From Basidiobolus ranarum (taxonomy: Eukaryota), in NCBI GenBank assembly GCA_040143965.1, contig JASJQH010006877.1, positions 1-64,000 of the forward strand: a stretch of 64,000 bases of DNA, written 5' to 3'. This document shows positions 57,697 through 64,000 of this stretch, piece by piece. Numbering within the stretch: position 1 is the first letter of the stretch; every line of letters begins with the position of its first letter. A program made the translations under genes and the position numbers. The notes under the pieces were generated by a model that was not told where the DNA came from, did not search any database, and worked only from the letters and a program-made list of their open reading frames with translations.

Positions 57697-58945
57697 ATGA
57701 TTTTCTCCTTGTAAAAAGTCAAGCAAAAAGGCTAGGTTTTAAGGGAAACTATATAAACACGTATTGATAGGCATATTTAAAGAATTAATAGCACATATAG
57801 CTGGAGTAGAGTCCAAGTAAAACGACCCGAGTCACAAAATGGCTTAGAAAATCGTGGGGACTGTGGATATCCACATTTCATGGAGCAGAATCTCGAAGGA
57901 CCTTCACAAATTTCGTTTACTACGAATTTTGAATTCTATATCCGCTTGTATACAATGTCAAGTGTATGATCTCACCAGCATTATCAAACAAAAATCCAAA
58001 AATGGAGCATTAAGCAACCTTCGGCGAAATTCTGGAATGTAAGTAATGTAAAAAGGCACAACACTGAGATTCTATTCCTAATTCAGATCAAAACCCCGAC
58101 TTGTCTCTTTTTCTTTGTAGCTGTAAACCCTCATGGGAGCTAGAATCCACCAGTTTTCATTTCGAGGAATTAGTTTTTTCCCACCATTAGTCCATAAGCG
58201 CTGCAATAGGCTCAAAATGAACGCTATCCGCAGAATAGGATAGTTTAAGTCCTAAATTGAATTCAAAAAGCTTAAACCCAATTCCATACACATGTCTGGT
58301 AATAAGCCACTCAGTCATGATAGCTCTGTCTTCTTCGAGCCAAAGATCAGTTGCGCATGTTGACAATGGTCAGTTATTGAAAGTCAGACTGAGATTGAGA
58401 GTGTGAATAGTGGCAGTAACGATTAACCGCAACGGTAGCTTAACCGTAGCTGTAACCGAAATATAATATAAAGTAAAGCTGTACTCAAAAAATATAAATG
58501 TGCCGCCTATCGGAGGAATTCTCAGGTAACACACAATGGGCTCTTGTTAAAGTGAATCATAATATGTCAGTTGGCTCCGGTTAGTTCACTATCAATATCC
58601 GATATTTTTCGTGACTTTGATTATCTCATTGAAATTTTGACACTTATGCATCGAGTGTGCGAATCACGCTCGCTAAACTTATCTAACTTTCAACATTTGG
58701 TATATTGTTTCATATTTCTCATCTAAGATTGCTTATATCACGTGTTTGGAATTGTTTGCCAAAACTCCCCAGTTTATGGACAAAGGCACATCAAACTGGA
58801 CTATACTAGTATGACGTACTCCGAAATTTGGAATCTTTGATATTCCCATTCAACTAAAAATATATAAATTGAAGCTTAGTTATTTCTCATGGTGTATCTA
58901 TCCTAAATTCTTGTCCCTTAATTTAATTCAAGGACAAGTTTCACA

Positions 58946-61261
58946 ATGAGCCAATCTCGAACTGAAGCTATCATCAACAGCGTACACAGACCTTCTCGCA
59001 AGGTTGAGTATCCTACAATCAACGGGAAAGGAATTTATCCTTCCGAGTTTTACGGTCAAAATGTTCTTACTCTCAAGGCTCTTTCCAAAGCTTTACCTAA
59101 ACCAATATTCGGTCAATTTCTCAAGCAAGTGAGAGGTCGTCAACATCTTGATAAAGTTACTGCTGACGCGGTTGCTCATGCTGCTCGCGTTTGGGCTATG
59201 GAGCGTGGTGCCACCCATTATTCTCATTGGTTCCAACCTCAGACTGGCACTACAGCGGAGAAGCACGATTCTTTCTTGACTTTGAAAACTGGCCCTGCTG
59301 ATGAGGTAAATACATACGTAGTCAATTGTACTGATTTTCAACGACTAACAGTTCTGTTTTATTAGGTTTATGTTCTTGAAGCTCTGTCTGGTTCTCAACT
59401 TCTTCAATCTGAACCAGATGCTTCCAGCTTTCCTTCTGGTGGTATGAGAACTACCTTTGAAGCTCGTGGATACACTGTATGGGATACCACTAGTCCAATG
59501 TTCATTCAGCCTGGTCCTCATAATACTTTCGTATTGTACATTCCTTCCGTTTTTATTTCCTACAACGGTGATGCGTTAGATGAGAAGACTGTTCTTCTTC
59601 GTTCATGTGAAGCTGTTTCTAAAGCTTCTAGCAGATTATTAAACATTTTACAACCGGTACCTGCTGGTGTTCCTCCTCTCGTTAAGCGTGTTCATACTAC
59701 TCTGGGAACAGAACAGGAGTTTTTCCTCATTGACCGCTCTCTTTACGCGCTTCGCCCTGATTTGAAAACTTGCGGTCGCACTTTGATTGGAAACCTTCCT
59801 CCCAAGCATCAACAAATGGAAGATCATTATTTCGGTAGGATGCCTACTCGTGTATTAGCTGCTATCAGCGAAGTAGAACTTGAGCTTACCAAACTTGGTA
59901 TTCCGATTAAAACTCGTCATAATGAAGCTGCACCCGCCCAATTCGAAGTTGCTCCTATTTTTGAGGAGGCTGTTGTCGCTGTAGACCATAATCTTGTAAC
60001 TATGGAAGTTATTCACAAGGTTGCTCACAAGCACAATTTAAAGGCTTTGTATCACGAGAAGCCATTCAAAGGTGTTAACGGCTCTGGAAAGCATTGTAAT
60101 TGGGCTTTGTCCACTGATCGTGGTGAAAACCTTCTTGATCCTACTGTTAAACCAGAGACAAATTACCGTTTCTTGCTTTTCTTGCTTGCTATTCTTCATG
60201 GTGTTCACAAGCATGGTGGACTTCTTCGTGCATCCATCGCAAGTGCAGCTAATGATCACCGTCTTGGTGCTGCTGAGGCTCCACCTGGTATCATCTCTGT
60301 TTTCCTTGGTGAACATCTCAACGAAGTACTCAACTCTATTGAAGAATCTCGTCCTCTTAAGACATTTTCGCAACCCCATATCCAATCTATTAAGGTTGGT
60401 GGAACTGTCCTCGATGTGAAGGTTGCTTCTCTTCCCAATATCTCCCGTGATCTCACCGATCGTAATCGTACTTCTCCCTTCGCCTTCACTGGTAATAAAT
60501 TTGAGTTCCGTGCAGTTGGATCCAAACAGTCTCCTGCCTTCCCTGTTACGGTTCTTAACGCCGCTATCGCTTCCGCTTTAGAGGATGTTACAAATGCTCT
60601 TTTACAACAAAAGGGAGATAAAGATTTCGTTACTGATGCCGATAAGGTTGCTGTTATCAAACAATTCATTACATCTACCAAGCCCATTCGTTTTGAGGGT
60701 GACAACTATTCTGAAGCATGGGCTCAAGAGGCTGAGAAACGTGGTCTCCCTAATATCCGTGGCTCTGTGGAAGCTTTCAGTCAATTACGCCTGGATTCCC
60801 ACAGAGACATGTTGATCAAGACTACCGGTATTTTCACCGAATCCGAATTAAATTCCAGATATCATATTCTCAACGAAAGATACTCAAAGGATGTCATCGT
60901 CGAGGCCAATACATTACGTACTATGGTTCAACAGCAAGTATTCCCTGCTGCTTACGAATACAGAAGAGAACTAGCTACTTCTGCCGCAGCTTTAGCGGCT
61001 ATTAATGTTTCTAACGCACCCGAAGTTACATTGCTGAATCGTTTGAGTCCTATTTTGACGGATCTTCAATCTAGTAATGAAAACCTCCTTAACGAAATTG
61101 AGAAGGTGATGGAATTGGAGCATGAGGAACAAGCTCAGGCTACATACAATATTATTGTTCCACTCGTAGAACGAGTTCGTGAACTAGCTGATCAGTTGGA
61201 AGATATTGTTGCTGACAAGTACTGGCCTTTACCCAAGAACACCGAGTTGTTATTCTTCTAA
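58946..61261 (+). CDS. Glutamine synthetase type III (GSIII/GlnN), one intron at 59306-59365
   Basis: GATHYSHWFQPQTGTTAEKHDSF, EPDASSFPSGGMRTTFEARGYTVWD, LGTEQEFFLID, KTRHNE, HEKPFKGVNGSGKHCNW, DRNRTSPFAFTGNKFEFRAVGS; about 750 aa. Confidence 0.95.
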
Positions 61262-61535
61262 ATGTAATAACTTAATTTGTATTTTTGTTTCTATTCCCCC
61301 CTCCACTTAAACTCGACAATATTTGTTCATTCCTATACCTTTATCGTAAACAACTCTTTTCTATTCAAGAAGGATTCTTGATCACTGATAAATTAATAGA
61401 ATTCATGAAGATTGATATATCGTATTTCAAAATAAAATGGGTCAGTAACCCGTGAACAGAATTTGGTAAAAATCAAATGTGATAATCTCTATTATGTTGA
61501 CGAGTTTTTCTATTTTTGTACCATAACGTGTAAAC

Positions 61536-62667
61536 ATGAAATACGAAACTGATACTCACAGTAATAGAGGAAAAATGAATGAAGTTACACCTCTTGACTG
61601 GATAGTTGAACATTATTGTACCAGAAATTCCAACGATCTACCTTCGTTTAAGTTAGTTAAAGGTGACTATTTCATTATTATTATTGACTTGGTTTACTGC
61701 TCAAACTTTTATATCCAGGGCTTGTTGAGTACTGTGAAGAAAGTAAGCATGTAGAGAATCCATCGTTACCTCTATTACTATTTACCATTCGGGATAATCT
61801 TTCTGAGAATGAACGCGATTGTAACTGGGAGAATATGCTAGAGATAGTAAAGTATATTCAGCAGATTGAAAGATCTCGTCGAAAACTTAGAGAACAACTT
61901 TCAACAACTACGAAGAAAACTAAGTCCAATCGCTTACTTTCGGATTCTACCTGTTTAGAGATTCTATTTGAACAAAGTATATCCTCTTTGAAGCGCATGG
62001 TATTTACTTAAATAATTTCTACCATTTTCCTATATATTAAACATACGAATTTCACTCTGTAGTTGGTATTGTTGGAGATGAACAAACTACCATTATCCTC
62101 TCCAAACTGTATGGCTCTAATAAATCTGCTGTTTCCTCCTAACTCTCGTCCGTTTAATAGGAATCAAAGAGAGATAGGGAATTTCCCTCTTAAACACATT
62201 CCCAACCCACGTACCCAACTACATGCACTTCTTTACCAGGTAGATATGTTACATTTAAAATCCACTGGAGCCAACAAGAAAAGGAAAGCCAGGTTCGTGT
62301 ATTAAATTAAGGATATTATGCAACATATCTTTCTAACAAGAATTTCACAATCTAGTACCTGTTTCACAGATAGCGAAGTCACCACCAAAACGGATTTACC
62401 AGAGCCTGCTCGCACATTGTCCAAAACTGATTGGACAAAAATTTACCACTCCTTAATTGACTTCTTGAAGCAAGCTGAAAATGAAATCCGTATTCTTGAT
62501 GAAATTCTTAATCCAGCCACCAAGGGCATGCATGACAATGAGATTATGAGCGAATGCACAGTGTTGGAAAAGGTGAGTGCCATTATCTTTTGACACCAAT
62601 GTATGTGTACTAAATCTACATCCTCCATTGCCAGATCGTTAGACATTATATGGCAAAGATTGATTGA
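61536..62667 (+). CDS. Hypothetical, probably helical protein, about 5 exons
   Basis: Canonical GT-AG introns join the ORFs at 61536, about 61720, 62063 and 62318 in frame to a TGA at 62667; basic patch NKKRKAR. Confidence 0.6.
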
Positions 62668-63391
62668 CCTACAACACTATCTCGATGTATTGTAAATAAA
62701 GTGCTCAAGAAAGGGTTAGATATAGCGCTAAACAATGCTATAGCACAAATTAGTAGTTCTGAGGTAATGTGTCACCATAGTAATGTGTCACCATGGGCTA
62801 TTGGCAATTAATATATCTCCATTAAAAGCCAACGAAGGTTATTGAAGAGGTACAAGTCGACGCTCATTTCCTAGTACATTTCCCAGTATTCTATGGTAGC
62901 TGCAACCCAAATGCCCTACTGAAATTGCCCACATGTACTCGTTAAGCATCATGGATTATATGTATTGTTAGGCGGATAATTAATCTCCATATTATTTGCA
63001 TGAGATTTATTGTATTGAAATAGATTCCGCATTTTAGGAAAGCTATCTCGATTTAGAGTTTAATTCAGCCAAGCACCATATTTATATTATAGTAGTGACC
63101 TCCCTTTCCCTGCCAAGAATCGTGTGCTGCTTTCTCCTTTTCTTCTTGAACTGCAACTTGTTATAGTTTGACCTGTGCTTCTATTCTTAATTTTACTATA
63201 TTGCTGTACGCTGATACCTCCTCCCAGTCCTTATCTCCTCCATTCTAGATCTTTAAGGAGTCTTCAATTGCTGTATATAGAAACACCAACCTTGGTTAAT
63301 GGTAAAATACACATTCGTTAATATCTGGTCACTATAGTTCCCTTTCTGTTATAGACATTTGTATCACTATCCCTGCTTCTCCTAAATAGTC

Positions 63392-64000
63392 ATGGTGTTT
63401 AAGAAAAAATCAAAATCCTTGGGCACGCTAGAAGTTAGACCCTGCAAAGGTCGAGACTTGAGAGTAGTTCAAAAAATCGGAAAACAAGATCCTTTCCTTC
63501 AGTTTGAACTAGGAAATGGGCGTCAACGTACCAAAGCAGATAAGAACGGAGGACAAAAGCCAACCTGGAATGAGCGCCTCACTTTCGAAATAGTGGAAGG
63601 TGTACACAAAGTGGTGGTTAAATGTTTCGACCAAAACCTTAGAGAGCATGCTTTTATTGGCGAGGGAGAGATTGATTTCAGTACTGCAATCACATACTAT
63701 CAACTCGACAGTAAGTGTTTATCTTTGTATTGCTCACCAAAACTTTGGGTGTCACTTTTTTATCTTTATTACCAAATACTCAGCAATACTTTTATCAATT
63801 AGATTGGTTTCAGTTGAAAGATAAGGGGGAACCCGCTGGAGAGGTGTACCTAGAGTTTACATTTTTCCCTGTGGTAAGTTCCAAGCACTAATATACTTGA
63901 TTAGTGAAAGTTCATTTATAGAGGGAAAAGAGAATACGAAGAGTTTATCATTACATAGTCATTATTCGACACTACTATAGATTACAGTTACTCTCCAAAT
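63392..64000 (+). CDS. C2-domain protein, Inn1/Fic1-like; 3' end probably beyond the window
   Basis: LGTLEV..KIGKQDPF..RTKADKNGGQKPTWNE..IGEGEID../WFQLKDKGEPAGEVYLEFTFFP. Confidence 0.78.

Noticed and set aside
57697-58945. Cobalamin or TPP riboswitch between MMAA and GSIII
   Set aside because: No B12-box or TPP aptamer consensus visible; an Infernal scan would settle it.
60038-60815. Overlapping antisense and alternative-frame ORFs within GSIII (similar ones occur in TFB1, the transporter and the acidic protein)
   Set aside because: Shadow ORFs produced by the codon bias of the real genes.
62763-62794. 16-bp tandem duplication containing GTAATGTGTCACCAT (similar small duplications near 2900, 4490 and 33237)
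   Set aside because: Isolated two-copy duplications with no inserted element between them, so not target-site duplications.

Overview
Gene-dense, AT-rich eukaryotic DNA with many short GT-AG introns, read by eye as about 28 protein-coding genes. The gene content (fungal-type Mcm1, Mme1, Zrc1 and Inn1/Fic1-like genes together with MeaB/MMAA, type III glutamine synthetase and an LRRC40-like gene) suggests an early-diverging, non-Dikarya fungus; this is inference. Several genes are invisible or fragmented in the ORF track (RPL34, PIG-P, a universal stress protein, UMP1). I found no rRNA, tRNA, CRISPR array or intact mobile element. The most notable observations are: (1) a BCL7/Rtt102-like N-terminal domain hidden in small exons of a long acidic protein; (2) a Cdc48/AFG2-like double-AAA ATPase with a natural Walker-B E>Q substitution in D2; (3) an apparently domesticated hAT transposase with a dense GATC cluster upstream; (4) a single-finger SreA/Fep1-like GATA factor surrounded by ATCWGATAA boxes near two metal-transport genes; (5) a divergent pair of MMAA (cobalamin pathway) and GSIII. 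Exon boundaries were inferred manually and no database searches were run.
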